DNA of 64,000 nucleotides from an uncultured Nitrospiraceae bacterium (GTDB lineage: Bacteria; Nitrospirota; Thermodesulfovibrionia; Thermodesulfovibrionales; Dissulfurispiraceae), in contig CAVPIW010000009.1 in NCBI GenBank assembly GCA_963705105.1, positions 1 through 64,000 on the forward strand. Reading direction: 5' to 3'. Numbering within the stretch: the stretch's first letter is position 1; each line of letters opens with the position of its first letter. The translations under genes were made by a program, and so were the position numbers. Shown in pieces: positions 21,176-34,336 of this stretch. The notes under the pieces are model-generated. The model saw nothing but the letters and a program-made list of their open reading frames with translations, made no database searches and was not told the origin of the DNA.

Positions 21176-21366
21176 TATTATACCAGAGGGCCTGGCCGAT
21201 GTAAAACGAAGAAGCCCTGTTCGGACGGAAGCCCCAGCCTCTGAAACTCACACCGACACTGACACTATTCCCTGCCCCGTTTGTGCCGCCACTTCCATAT
21301 TTGGTATATTTAATAAGGCGGTACCATCGTTCTCAGGCACCTCATGCCGAAGGAGTTTTACCATCC

Positions 21367-23403
21367 ATGAAAGGCTATTTTCTCATTATAGGGACTCTTG
21401 TCGTCGTCATCTCGGCGCTCATCACCCTCAATATTTTTTTCCAGCAATCACTCCAGATGGAGATGGCGGAGCAGTTCAACAAACAGCAGCTCCTGCTGTC
21501 ACGGTCCGTCACCGAAAATATGCGGGCCTACATCCACTTTCTCAAGGAGAAGGTCGTTTCGGACGCCCAGGTGCTTTCGAAGGTCGAACTCCGTGACAGT
21601 CGTGATTTCTCCCGGTTCTCCGGTGAGATTCTGCGACACGGCGGCGTCATCCCGCAGGCCTTCGGAATAATCGGCACCGATGGGTCTATCAGATTTTTTG
21701 AAGGTGACAGTGAGGTGGCCTCCACCCTGACGCAGCACATCGTCAAGTCCGCTCAGGCCGCATCGGGCGAGCAGAGCGGGGCCGTCGAGACGGTATCGCA
21801 TCTCGCCATCTTCGCCCCCCTTCAAACCGGAAAAGAGACACGGGACATCGTATTTATCACCATCAGAATCCAGGACATCGCAAACCACTTCATCGGGAAC
21901 ATCAAGTCGGGAAGCAGGGGATACGCCTGGATGATGGACAAGCAGGGAAACCTCCTCTACCACCCGACCCAGCCGGGGATGGTCGGCAGAAACCTTTATA
22001 GCAACGACGCCACATGTTTCCGCTGCCATGTCAGCTTCGACCTTGAAAAGAGGATCATAGAAGGCAAGGCGAGCAATTACGGTCGATACATTTCGCCTTC
22101 GGGCGAGGACAAGGTTATCGCCTTCTCCACCATGGCGATCGAAGGCCTCACATGGGTCGTCGCCGTTTCCGCCCCTTTTTCTGAAGTGACCCATGCGATC
22201 AAACAGAGCATGCGTCTGTACGCGTACCTGATCATATCCATATTCCTCACGGCGAGCATCGGGTCGGTCGTGCTCATCATCCTGAACAAGAAAAGAATCC
22301 AGGCCGTTGAGACGGTCAAACACAAGGAGGAGCTCGAGCAATATGCCCTCGAGCTCGAAAAGAAGGTCATGGAGAGGACGTCTGAGCTTACGGGCGAAAA
22401 GGAGAAACTCAACACGATCGTCAGCGCCATCGGCGGCGGCATCATCCTCATCGACAAGCACGGCGTCATCCAATGGACGAATGACAAGATAAGGGACATG
22501 GCGGGGAAGGACGTGACAGGCGTTTCCTGCGAGGAAGTCTGCGTGGACTGCAAGGTAACGGGGATGTATACAAAGGATGACATCGACACGATCATCATGT
22601 CGAATCTCTTCGGGCAGGCGGGCAGGCATTTCCAGGTGACGACCGCCCCGATCCAGGGTGAGGACGGGGTGAACCACGGCTACATCAGGCTTGTGCAGGA
22701 CATAACGGAGATGAAGAAGATGGAAGAGCAGATCATGCACTCCGAAAAGCTCGCATCCATCGGGCGTCTCGCCGCCGGCATCGCCCACGAGATCGGCAAC
22801 CCCCTGACGTCCATCTTCTCTTTCGTCCAGATCCTCCGTGAAATGGAGGAGGACCCCTTCAAGAAAGACAGCCTCGAGACCATCTATTTCCATGTCAACA
22901 GGATATCGGAGACGCTGAAGCAGCTTTCGGGATTCACGAAGATGCCCAAGGAAGAGCTCAAACAATGTCACGTCAATGAGATCCTCGGCACGTCCATCAA
23001 CCTCATGCAGTATGACAAGAAGGCGAAAAATATCATCTTCGAGAAAGACCTCGCAGCCGATATTCCCGATATCGTCTGTGACGGCGACCAGCTCTCGCAG
23101 GTCTTCGTGAACCTGACCCTTAACGCCGTCGACGCAATGCCAGATGGCGGCACGCTCAGCGTGTCGAGCGCCCTCATGAACGGTTCGATCGTCATCGGGT
23201 TCGCCGACACCGGCTCGGGCATCCCTGCATCGGACCTGCCGAAGATCTTCGATCCCTTCTACACGACCAAGGAAAAGGGAACGGGACTGGGGCTCGCCGT
23301 GAGTTACAGCATCATCAAGAAGATGAACGGAGTCATGACCGTCGACAGCGAAATCGGCAAGGGCACGACGTTTACGATAACCATACCCGTATTTTCGACG
23401 TAA
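21367..23403 (+). CDS. Sensor histidine kinase (Cache + PAS, CxxCH in the extracytoplasmic domain)
   Basis: AHEIGNPL, QVFVNLTLNA, DTGSG, GTGLGL; TCFRCH between the two TM helices. Confidence 0.9.
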   Translation: MKGYFLIIGTLVVVISALITLNIFFQQSLQMEMAEQFNKQQLLLSRSVTENMRAYIHFLKEKVVSDAQVLSKVELRDSRDFSRFSGEILRHGGVIPQAFGIIGTDGSIRFFEGDSEVASTLTQHIVKSAQAASGEQSGAVETVSHLAIFAPLQTGKETRDIVFITIRIQDIANHFIGNIKSGSRGYAWMMDKQGNLLYHPTQPGMVGRNLYSNDATCFRCHVSFDLEKRIIEGKASNYGRYISPSGEDKVIAFSTMAIEGLTWVVAVSAPFSEVTHAIKQSMRLYAYLIISIFLTASIGSVVLIILNKKRIQAVETVKHKEELEQYALELEKKVMERTSELTGEKEKLNTIVSAIGGGIILIDKHGVIQWTNDKIRDMAGKDVTGVSCEEVCVDCKVTGMYTKDDIDTIIMSNLFGQAGRHFQVTTAPIQGEDGVNHGYIRLVQDITEMKKMEEQIMHSEKLASIGRLAAGIAHEIGNPLTSIFSFVQILREMEEDPFKKDSLETIYFHVNRISETLKQLSGFTKMPKEELKQCHVNEILGTSINLMQYDKKAKNIIFEKDLAADIPDIVCDGDQLSQVFVNLTLNAVDAMPDGGTLSVSSALMNGSIVIGFADTGSGIPASDLPKIFDPFYTTKEKGTGLGLAVSYSIIKKMNGVMTVDSEIGKGTTFTITIPVFST

Positions 23404-23412
23404 GGGGACAGC

Positions 23413-24774
23413 ATGACAGCAAATATACTGATCGTCGACGATGAACCGGACATTTGCAAGGCCCTTGAATTTCTGCTCAAACGTGAAGGCTACACGGTCA
23501 AGTCCGTGAACAGCGGCGAAACAGCGATCGAGCGGCTGAAGGAGGAGAAGTTCGACATCGTCCTGACGGACCTCAAGATGGGAAAGACGGACGGCATGGC
23601 CGTCATTGAGAGGGCGAAGGAGATCGATCCCGGGACTTCGGTGATCATGATGACCGCCTTCGCTTCCATCGACTCGGCTGTAGAGGCGCTCAAAAAGGGA
23701 GCGACCGACTATATCGTCAAGCCCTTCCACAACGAGGAGATCAAGCTCACCATCAGGAAGACGCTGGAGCAGAAAAAGCTCGTCCAGGAGAACATGGCCC
23801 TCAAGCAGCAGATCAGTCAGCGCACGGCCTGCAGGAACTTCGTCGCGAATTCCGACGCCATGGTGAGGATCATCGAGACCCTCGAAAAGGTCATCCCGAC
23901 GAAGAGCAACATCCTTATCCTCGGCGAGAGCGGTACCGGCAAGGGTCTCCTGGCTGAACTCATCCACTGCAACAGTCCCCGGAGGGACAAGCCCTTCATC
24001 TCCATCAACTGCTCCGCTATCCCGGAGGGGCTCCTCGAATCGGAGCTCTTCGGGTACAAAAAGGGCGCCTTCACCGGCGCCGTCCTCGACAAGCTCGGCC
24101 TTATTCCCCTTGCTGATCAGGGCACCCTCTTTCTCGACGAGATCGGCGATATGCCCGTCAATCTCCAGGCAAAACTCCTCAAGGTCCTCGAAACAGGTGA
24201 GGTCTATCCCCTCGGCGAGACGAAATCACGGACCGTCGACGTGAGAATCATCTCGGCGACCAATGTGGATATCGACAAGCGCATCGCCGAGGGAAAATTC
24301 AGGGAAGACCTCTACTGGCGGCTTAACGTGATCGATATCGAAATCCCCCCGCTGCGGCAGCGGAAAGACGACATCGAGATGCTCGTCAAGCATTTCATCC
24401 AGGGATATGCTGAAGAACACAAGAAAAAGCTGAAGGGGGTCGACGCGGAGGCGCTCGGGCTCCTCATGAAATATTCCTGGCCCGGCAATGTGAGAGAGTT
24501 GAGGAATATCATCGAGCGGGCTGTCATCCTCTCGGACGGTGAATACATTACGGCAGGTCAACTGCCCGAGAAGATAAGCAGGTCCGTCGAGGAACCTGAC
24601 ACGTCCGATATCCAGTCGTCCCTGAAGGCGTGCCTGAGCGATTACGAAAGGGACCTCCTCATGAAGACGTACGTCGCCCATGGCAGGAACAAGGAAGAGA
24701 CGGCCAAAACCCTCGGGATCGACCTGGCGACGCTCTACCGCAAATTCAAGAAGTACGGTATCGACGGGGAATGA
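23413..24774 (+). CDS. Sigma-54-dependent NtrC-family response regulator
   Basis: REC domain; GESGTGK, GAFTGA, LFLDEIG, WPGNVREL; Fis-type HTH. Confidence 0.95.
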   Translation: MTANILIVDDEPDICKALEFLLKREGYTVKSVNSGETAIERLKEEKFDIVLTDLKMGKTDGMAVIERAKEIDPGTSVIMMTAFASIDSAVEALKKGATDYIVKPFHNEEIKLTIRKTLEQKKLVQENMALKQQISQRTACRNFVANSDAMVRIIETLEKVIPTKSNILILGESGTGKGLLAELIHCNSPRRDKPFISINCSAIPEGLLESELFGYKKGAFTGAVLDKLGLIPLADQGTLFLDEIGDMPVNLQAKLLKVLETGEVYPLGETKSRTVDVRIISATNVDIDKRIAEGKFREDLYWRLNVIDIEIPPLRQRKDDIEMLVKHFIQGYAEEHKKKLKGVDAEALGLLMKYSWPGNVRELRNIIERAVILSDGEYITAGQLPEKISRSVEEPDTSDIQSSLKACLSDYERDLLMKTYVAHGRNKEETAKTLGIDLATLYRKFKKYGIDGE

Positions 24775-25061
24775 AAAAGGCCGTCGTCGTCGGCATGATC
24801 ATCGGGGCAATGACGGGCATTCTCATCGCCCTCAGCATGGACCTCCTGCTCGGCGACAGCCTCGGCGGCGGGTGGAAGGAAGCAATGGCAAAGGACCTCA
24901 ACCGCCTCTTCAAGACGGCACTCCCGCCGGACCATGTGGTCGTCTATCTCGGCGTTTTCGTCGTCATCTCCATTATCGGCCTCTTCGGCGCCTTTTTCGG
25001 GGCCTTTTTCGGCCTCATTGCCGGGCAGATATTCAACATGCTCAAAGATAAGGAAGACTGA
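24771..25061 (+). CDS. Small membrane protein
   Basis: ATG overlaps the regulator stop codon; two hydrophobic segments. Confidence 0.65.
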   Translation: MKKAVVVGMIIGAMTGILIALSMDLLLGDSLGGGWKEAMAKDLNRLFKTALPPDHVVVYLGVFVVISIIGLFGAFFGAFFGLIAGQIFNMLKDKED

Positions 25062-25066
25062 TACAA

Positions 25067-25444
25067 CTATTCTCCCTGTCCGAGCACCGTCATGATCGTC
25101 CCTTTCAACTCATCGAGAAGAAAGGGCTTTTCGAGCACCATAGCCACGTCGAGGGACCGAAGCCGGTCTGCAGCATCGGCGTCGACGTCGGCGGACGTGA
25201 CGATAACAGGAATGTCAGGAAAAACCTCCCTCAGATACGAAATGAGCTCGAACCCGTGCATATCGGGCATCCTGAGGTCTGTTACGACCAGGTCGACGCT
25301 ATGTGATTTGAGAAACCCGATCGCCCCGGCACAGGTGTCGGCCGTGGAAACTTCGAGAAACGGCTGGCGTGCGAAATAAAGGGTGACTATTTCGAGGAAG
25401 AAGTGTTCGTCGTCAACGATCAGGATTTTTTTTGTCCCGCCCAT
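25067..25444 (-). CDS. Single-domain response regulator
   Basis: ILIVDDE, TDLRMPDMHG, KPF. Confidence 0.9.
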   Translation of the reverse strand: MGGTKKILIVDDEHFFLEIVTLYFARQPFLEVSTADTCAGAIGFLKSHSVDLVVTDLRMPDMHGFELISYLREVFPDIPVIVTSADVDADAADRLRSLDVAMVLEKPFLLDELKGTIMTVLGQGE

Positions 25445-25474
25445 CAGGCCTCAGCGATGCTCCCGGAGGAGCGA

Positions 25475-25957
25475 TTACGAAATGTTGACGATCTCCGCTT
25501 CCATGGTCGAGAGATCGAGGACCGCCGCAGTCGGTGTTCCCGTCAGCCATCCGCAGACCTCCCCGGGATTCACGACGAGAGTTTTTCCCGCCCTTCTGAT
25601 AAGCGGTTCATGGGTGTGGCCGTACACGACGAGGTCGAAATGGGCGCTGTCGGCGAGGGCGTCGACGATGAAGTGCTCATGGATTAGGGCGATGCGCCTG
25701 TCCAGCAGTGAGAACAGGTAGGGTTGGGCGTGAATGCTCTTGCCGAAGGTCTTCTTGAGCATCACCCTGTCGCCGTCGTTGTTCCCGAAAATGGCGGTCA
25801 GGCTACCCGCAACGTCCTTCAGGACCCTCCACGTGAACGGAGAGGTGAAATCCCCGGCATGAATGATGTGTTCCACGTTCCGCCGCGAAAAGATCTCCAG
25901 CGCAGTCCGCAGATGCCCCAGGTGGTCATGCGTATCCGACATGATGCCGATAATCAT
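25475..25957 (-). CDS. YfcE-family metallophosphoesterase
   Basis: SDTHD, HAGD, GNND, YGHTH, VNPG. Confidence 0.9.
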   Translation of the reverse strand: MIIGIMSDTHDHLGHLRTALEIFSRRNVEHIIHAGDFTSPFTWRVLKDVAGSLTAIFGNNDGDRVMLKKTFGKSIHAQPYLFSLLDRRIALIHEHFIVDALADSAHFDLVVYGHTHEPLIRRAGKTLVVNPGEVCGWLTGTPTAAVLDLSTMEAEIVNIS

Positions 25958-26014
25958 CCGTTCCTCTCCCGGCGCGCCTTATCAAAAAAGCAAAGCCCGA
26001 CCCTTATAAGCCCC

Positions 26015-26188
26015 GCAAAGGCGGGACAAATGCGCCGAAAAACCTCGGTGCTGCGTAACCTTTGCCTTCACAAAAGAGACGGCTCAGCCCTATGGTCGAC
26101 GACACAAAGGGTGAAATTCTGAAAACCAATTATAAAATAATCATCCTCGCTATCAGCGAGGCTTTGAGGCGCTTTGTCCCGCCTTTGC
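26015..26188 (+). repeat. Palindromic element copy R2 (type A core)
   Basis: GCAAAGGCGGGACAAAtGCGCC...GGCGCTTTGTCCCGCCTTTGC. Confidence 0.85.
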
Positions 26189-26201
26189 ATACACGGTATG
26201 C

Positions 26202-28815
<2,614 letters not shown>

Positions 28816-28837
28816 TCAACACGATCCGGGCAGCGAC

Positions 28838-30610
28838 TTAGAGGAAGTAGGCCTTCAGCACATACTCCTGCATCATCCTCTGGGTGTTGAAGAAGGAGCC
28901 GTTGAGGGCGACGCAGCTCTTCATGACGTCGATGAACCGCTTCCGGTCGTTGTAATAGAGGGGAATGATGGTGTGTTCAAGCTTGTCATAGAGGGAGCGC
29001 GAGTCGTCAACGGTGCCGTCAGGCTCGCCCGCGCCCTTGGACCTGTCGCCGACGGACCACCCCGTCACCCCCTCGATGTGGCCCTCCACCCACCAGCCGT
29101 CCAGCACGCTCAGGCTGGGGACGGCGTTCAGTGCGGCCTTCATGCCGCTCGTCCCCGAGGCCTCCATCGGCGGCTGCGGGGTGTTCAGCCAGAGATCGAC
29201 ACCGGCCGTTATCATCCTGGCGAGCGCTATGTCATAGTTGAGGAGAAAGACGATTTTTATCTCCTCTTTCAGGATGTCCCTGTGTCTCAGGATATCCCTG
29301 ATGAGCTGTTTGCCGCCTTCGTCCCTGGGATGAGCCTTTCCCGCGTAAATAATTTGAAGGGGACCGGCCTTCGACGCTATGCCCCTGATCCGCTCAATGT
29401 CATGAAACAGGAGATCCCACCTTTTATACGTCGTCGCCCTGCGCGCAAAGCCGATCGTGAAAACATCATCGTTCATGCCGGCATTCTCTTCCCTGTTGAC
29501 CTGATTGCACAGCAACCGCTTTGCAAGATGGTGGGCCGCCCATACATCTTCGCCCGGTATGCCGAGCGCATAGCGGAGGCTGAAGTTGTTCTCCCTCCAG
29601 CCGGGGATCAGGCGGTCATAGAGTTTCTGAAAGGGCTCGGAGACCCAGGAAGCGGCATGGACCCCGTTTGTGATTGCGTCGATCGGGTACCCGGCAAACA
29701 TGAGCCTCGACTGTTCCCCGTGCTTCTTCGCCACCCCGTTCACATAGTGGCTCATCGTGAGGGCGAGATAGGTCATATTCAGGAGGTCATCGCAGCAGAA
29801 GATGTCTTTTCGCAGGGAAAAGATGTTCTCGGAGCCTATGACACGGTTGACCAGGTCCGTCGGGAACTTATCAAAACCGGCGTCAACGGGTGTGTGGGTC
29901 GTGAAAACGCACCTCTCCCTCACCCTGTCGATGTCCTCCTGGTCAAGGGCCTCCGTCTGTCCCCCCTTCATCTCCTCATGGAGGAGTTCAAGGACAAGCA
30001 GACTCGAATGCCCCTCGTTCATATGAAACCTCTCGATCTGGTCATGTCCGAGGGATCTGAGCATCCTCACGCCGCCGATGCCGAGAATGACCTCCTGGCA
30101 GAGCCTGTACCGCTGGTCACCGCCGTACAGCACGTGCGTCAGCGACCTGTCCTCCGGGGCATTGTCGGGCATGTCGGCATCGAGGAAATAGACCGGTATG
30201 CAGTAGCCTCCCGAGCCGACCACTTCATAGCGCCAGGCCCTGAGGCGGACTGTCCTGCCTTCAATAGTGACGGACGTCCTCACCGGCATTTCCGTCAGAT
30301 AATCCTCGACGATCCACTCTACGGGCTCCTCTGCCTGCAATCCCGCATCGTCGATTCTCTGATAGAAGTAGCCTTTCCGGTAGAGGATGCTCATGCCGAC
30401 CATCGGCACGCGCAGATCAGCAGCGGACCGGACGGTATCACCGGCGAGCACGCCCAGGCCTCCGCTGTAGAGCGGCATGCCGGGCTCCAGAGCGAACTCC
30501 ATGGAAAAATAGGCGATACTGCGACGGTCATTCACAAAGTCACCTCTTGCCGCCGAAGACAACGAAGATCCCGTTCTTATAATAGCAATCGACTTCGGCA
30601 TATCCGGCAT
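28838..30610 (-). CDS. glgP: Alpha-glucan phosphorylase (start uncertain)
   Basis: [38 protein letters not shown]. Confidence 0.92.
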   Translation of the reverse strand: MPDMPKSIAIIRTGSSLSSAARGDFVNDRRSIAYFSMEFALEPGMPLYSGGLGVLAGDTVRSAADLRVPMVGMSILYRKGYFYQRIDDAGLQAEEPVEWIVEDYLTEMPVRTSVTIEGRTVRLRAWRYEVVGSGGYCIPVYFLDADMPDNAPEDRSLTHVLYGGDQRYRLCQEVILGIGGVRMLRSLGHDQIERFHMNEGHSSLLVLELLHEEMKGGQTEALDQEDIDRVRERCVFTTHTPVDAGFDKFPTDLVNRVIGSENIFSLRKDIFCCDDLLNMTYLALTMSHYVNGVAKKHGEQSRLMFAGYPIDAITNGVHAASWVSEPFQKLYDRLIPGWRENNFSLRYALGIPGEDVWAAHHLAKRLLCNQVNREENAGMNDDVFTIGFARRATTYKRWDLLFHDIERIRGIASKAGPLQIIYAGKAHPRDEGGKQLIRDILRHRDILKEEIKIVFLLNYDIALARMITAGVDLWLNTPQPPMEASGTSGMKAALNAVPSLSVLDGWWVEGHIEGVTGWSVGDRSKGAGEPDGTVDDSRSLYDKLEHTIIPLYYNDRKRFIDVMKSCVALNGSFFNTQRMMQEYVLKAYFL

Positions 30611-30613
30611 CCC

Positions 30614-31268
30614 TCAGCGCAGCGAAGTCTGATCATCAAGAGGATCGGGTCTGTTCATGCTCGACGGGTCCTTATACCGGCCTATCACGGCGTCGGGGTC
30701 AACCATGCCCCCTCCCGCCCGGCGGGAAGCGGCAATCATCCATTCTTTCCATAGTTTACCATACCACCCGTCCAGCTCCTCCGAGGGGGGCCGCACCACG
30801 TCGATATTGACGAAACGGCCGTCCCTCTTTCAGGTGCCTGAAGACCCATCCATAGAGCGAAGCCTTTTCGGTCATGTCGAGGTGGTGGATCGCAAGAGAG
30901 GAGACGCAGAGACCGAACGTGTCGACGCCGACCCTTCCTTCTGACATGTCCTGCAGGCTCGCCCGGATGAAACGTAGATGCCCGAATCGCCGGAGTCTTT
31001 CCCTGGCCCTTTCAAGCATCGTCTCTGACCCGTCGACCAGCGTCGCCCGGATCGTGGGGTCCGCCGAGAGCAGCTCCCCCGTCAGCACCCCGTCGCCGCA
31101 CCCGAGGTCGAGGAGGTCGATAACTCCCCTGCCCCGGAAGAAATGAGTGTAGATGGACGCCACCAGCCGGAACATCCTCCTGCGCTCGACGATGTAGATG
31201 TCCGCGTTGTCGAGGTAGTTCTCCGAAAATTCCTCTTTAGCCCATGGTGAGTCGTCGAAAGTATCCAT
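30614..31268 (-). pseudogene. Class I SAM-dependent methyltransferase with a frameshift near 30820
   Basis: LLDLGCGDG, SSLAIHH; frame changes at LKEG/GRFVNIDVV and continues in ORF 30614..30799. Confidence 0.75.
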
Positions 31269-31566
31269 CGTGTGCGCCTCTCACTGATTATACCTCAGGA
31301 CAGCGGTGTCACAAACAGTGTGCAGCAAGTCGCCCATCCCCGCCCGGAGAGGAGGGGGTGACGCATACAGTTCCATTGTGAGACCATACAAACAGGAATC
31401 GAGGCGGGCGGGCGTCATGGGACCAAGCCCATGACCACGACGCTTCTTATCCTGCGGCCTCCATAGCTTCCCTCACAACCAGCTCGATGTCCGGCCGGTC
31501 GGAGTCAATCACAAAAACTGCTACAATATGCCGAGCGGGTCCGGGGAATTGCATCCGGTACGACCG

Positions 31567-31713
31567 AAAACCCGCCTGGGCGACTATGGCATTGGCCGTG
31601 AGAGTCCGGAAACAATCATTGCCCAATTAGAGCAGCACGGCATGACGAGCCTTGGTGAGCATGATAGTGTCACGCTTGAGCAGAGCCGCACTGTGCCGGA
31701 ATCGAGCCCCTAA
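31567..31713 (+). pseudogene. C-terminal remnant of a YqhD-like iron-containing alcohol dehydrogenase
   Basis: KTRLGDYGI...QLEQHGMTSLGEHDSVTLEQSR resembles the YqhD C-terminus as I recall it. Confidence 0.55.
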
Positions 31714-31737
31714 CAGGACATTCTGGAGGTTGACATT

Positions 31738-32820
31738 ATGAAATATTTTATCTCATTACTGCTGTTAAGCCTTTTTCCCCTTCTGGCAGGCTGTGCCCCG
31801 ACAAAGCTGGTCAAGCCGTCATCCACATCCCTGGTGGAGGTCGCTCGCAGCGACCGCCAGTGGACCGGGATCGCCGTCGCCCGTGACGGCCGCATCTTCG
31901 TCAACTACCCCCGTTGGTCGGACAACGTTCCCTTCTCCGTCGGGGAGTTGAAGCCAGACGGCAGCGTAACCCCCTATCCCACGATGGAGATGAACAGGTG
32001 GGTACCGGGCTCAGACCCGGCCAACACGTTTGTCTGCGTCCAGAGCGTTGTCGTGGATGGGGATGGTTTTCTCTGGATACTCGACGCAGCCAACCCCAAA
32101 TTCAAGGGGGTGGTGGCAGGCGGTCCTAAACTTCTGAAAGTCGATCTCGCCGGGAACCGCATCATCCGGACCGTCCGTTTCACGGAACCGGTCATCCAGG
32201 CCGGGAGCTATCTGAACGACATGCGCATCGACACCCGACGACAGATCGCCTACCTCACCGACTCCGGTAGCGGTGCCATCGTGGTGACAGACCTCGCCAC
32301 CGGTGCAAGCCGGCGGCTCCTTACGAACCATCCATCCACCCGCGCGGAGGCGGTAACCCTGACCATCGAAGACCGGCCGTGGATGAGGCCCGACGGCACT
32401 GTTCCACAAGTGCATGCAGACGGCATCGCCCTTGATGCTGCGGGTGAATATCTTTACTACCAGGCCCTCACCGGCCGCACACTCTATCGCATCGAAACCC
32501 GCTGGCTGCGCGATTCCCGCTTGTCAGAGCAGGAAGTGGCAGCAAAGGTGGAATCCATGGGGCAGACCGGCGCTGCGGACGGCCTGCTTTTCGGCCCTGA
32601 CAACCGAATCTATATTTCGTCCCTGGAAGAAAACGCCATAAAGGCTGTCACCCCCGGCGGCAAGGCCGAAATCGTGGTGCAGAGCCCGGCACTGGCCTGG
32701 CCGGACAGTTTTGCCCTCGGTCCCGACGGGAGTATCTACGTCACGACTTCCCAGATCCACCGGGGCCCGAATCCACCGGAACCTTACAAAATTTTCAAGT
32801 TGGAGAAATACTTTCGATAG
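31738..32820 (+). CDS. Major royal jelly/yellow-family beta-propeller lipoprotein
   Basis: Lipobox LAGC; GRIFVNYPRW, CVQSV, LWILD, YLNDMRID, AWPDSF. Confidence 0.8.
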   Translation: MKYFISLLLLSLFPLLAGCAPTKLVKPSSTSLVEVARSDRQWTGIAVARDGRIFVNYPRWSDNVPFSVGELKPDGSVTPYPTMEMNRWVPGSDPANTFVCVQSVVVDGDGFLWILDAANPKFKGVVAGGPKLLKVDLAGNRIIRTVRFTEPVIQAGSYLNDMRIDTRRQIAYLTDSGSGAIVVTDLATGASRRLLTNHPSTRAEAVTLTIEDRPWMRPDGTVPQVHADGIALDAAGEYLYYQALTGRTLYRIETRWLRDSRLSEQEVAAKVESMGQTGAADGLLFGPDNRIYISSLEENAIKAVTPGGKAEIVVQSPALAWPDSFALGPDGSIYVTTSQIHRGPNPPEPYKIFKLEKYFR

Positions 32821-32902
32821 TGGAATGAGCTGACGACTTTCAGAAGTGACGATCACAGGAAGGCGGCCGACTGGTCGTCTCAAAAAAATTTATGGTATTC
32901 AA

Positions 32903-32968
32903 GTTCAACTGCTCCGGGCGTGCGCGGGGCCGCGTTCTGCGGCCTCCTGCACCAAGCCCTTGTCGGGC
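32903..32968 (-). other. Degenerate attC site after the isochorismatase cassette
   Basis: Minus strand: stop, GCCCGAC (R'', one mismatch to the cassette start GTTGGGC), central palindrome, GTTGAAC (R'). Confidence 0.6.
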
Positions 32969-33484
32969 CTATATTGCATCTTTTGAAGGCACAAGAGATA
33001 CACGGGTTGAGACCGCATGTAAGGCAATTTTGTGCAGCATTTCATTCACTGTGGTGCAGCAATCCGGCAGAATGCTTACCTTGTATTTCTCTGCAGACTT
33101 CGAGATGGCCGTGTGCGTCACGCAGTTTTGAGTCATCATTCCGCACACAAGCAGCTCATCGACTCCCAGCCCGGTGAGGATCTCTTCGAGCTTCGTCTTC
33201 ACGAAGCTGTCAGCGTACTCTTTGATCACAATCGGAGCATCGGGAGCAGCTTCAAGAATACGCGAATGAATTTTCGCTCCGTCAGTGCCCTGATTGAAGA
33301 ACGGCGCAATCCCCATCCCGAGATTTGCGATGTGTTGTATGTGGATAATGGGGATGTTTTTAAATTTCGCTGCTTCAATCGCCTGTTCAATGTTGCTGAG
33401 CGTGACATCAGTATTCCAAAGTGGGAACTTTCCTCCGGGGAAATAATCATTCTGCAGGTCAATTAGCAGCAGCGCCTTCTTCAT
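32969..33484 (-). CDS. Isochorismatase/cysteine hydrolase family (cassette)
   Basis: ALLLIDLQNDYF, KEYADSF, CGMMTQNCV. Confidence 0.88.
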   Translation of the reverse strand: MKKALLLIDLQNDYFPGGKFPLWNTDVTLSNIEQAIEAAKFKNIPIIHIQHIANLGMGIAPFFNQGTDGAKIHSRILEAAPDAPIVIKEYADSFVKTKLEEILTGLGVDELLVCGMMTQNCVTHTAISKSAEKYKVSILPDCCTTVNEMLHKIALHAVSTRVSLVPSKDAI

Positions 33485-33508
33485 GGATTCTCCTTTGCCT
33501 TTTGTTGT

Positions 33509-33569
33509 GCCCAACGGCAGCCATGTGCGGATAGAGCGCAGCGACAGCCGAACCATCGTCTTGTTGCCG
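33509..33569 (-). other. Degenerate attC site
   Basis: Minus strand: CGGCAAC ... GTTGGGC, 61 bp, between two co-oriented genes. Confidence 0.55.
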
Positions 33570-33580
33570 AGTCCTCCGCC

Positions 33581-33941
33581 TCAGTGGTTGAAGGCGTACT
33601 TCAGCGACAGCCTCCGGCCGTGACCGCCGACGGTTCATAGATGATCTTTGCCTCGTCGGAATACCAGTCCCCGTCCCATCGGAATTGAACCTTCCCTGAC
33701 AGACGCTCTCGCTTATATGGCTCTCCATTGAGGACCAGAGTGATGGTTGCATCCCTTCGAGTTCGCCCTGGCCAACAATAGACAACGAATAGACAGGGCC
33801 ACCCCCAGGGGCATTTCTTAAAGTAATGGTCTCGGGCCTCGTGACGTCCTTTACGTCATAAGTCATCCTCGTGAAGCCACACGAGCAAAGACTGCAAATG
33901 ATCATCCCGGTGAGCAGGACGATCGTGTATTTTTTCGTCAT
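33581..33941 (-). pseudogene. Small lipoprotein-like cassette gene with two apparent frameshifts
   Basis: MTKKYTIVLL...CSC; continues in shifted frames (DATITLVLNGEPY...WDGDWYSD...KYAFNH*). Confidence 0.55.
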
Positions 33942-33946
33942 GTTAT

Positions 33947-34036
33947 CGCCAACGAGACGGCTCACTTGCCGTGGCAACCGGCTTTACTGAAAAATGATCA
34001 AGGCTATTCCGGGTCAAGTGAAGCCAGTTGTTCGCC
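33947..34036 (-). other. attC site (best preserved)
   Basis: Minus strand: GGCGAAC-aactgg-CTTCACTTG ... CAAGTGAG-ccgtctc-GTTGGCG; L boxes with one extrahelical base. Confidence 0.78.
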
Positions 34037-34336
34037 GTTTTTTTCATTTGTGTCTGTTATGTGCCTACCAAGTCTTTCATAGTATATTGCAGAAAGCACT
34101 GTGAAAATCACAGCATCAAAGATAGTTGTTTCATCTCCCGAAGGTGCGTGATATTCCTTAACAACGTAAATAAAGATACCGACCGGGATTACGATTATAA
34201 TGTGTCGTACAGCGACGACCCAACCCAAGACTATGAATTTTTGAATAATGTCGTATCCGCTATTGCCGCCATTCTTTCTATAGACGTATAAGACGCCAAG
34301 AAGTGTCACTATCACATGTAATATTGTCTCTATTAT

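Noticed and set aside
21499..23967. 822-aa minus-strand ORF, and similar long antisense ORFs (11919..13649, 27340..28743, 28973..30754)
   Set aside because: Shadow ORFs opposite well-supported genes, expected from GC-rich codon bias.
30805..30835. Programmed frameshift in the methyltransferase gene
   Set aside because: No slippery heptamer or clear stimulatory structure; a one-base insertion or read error is more likely.
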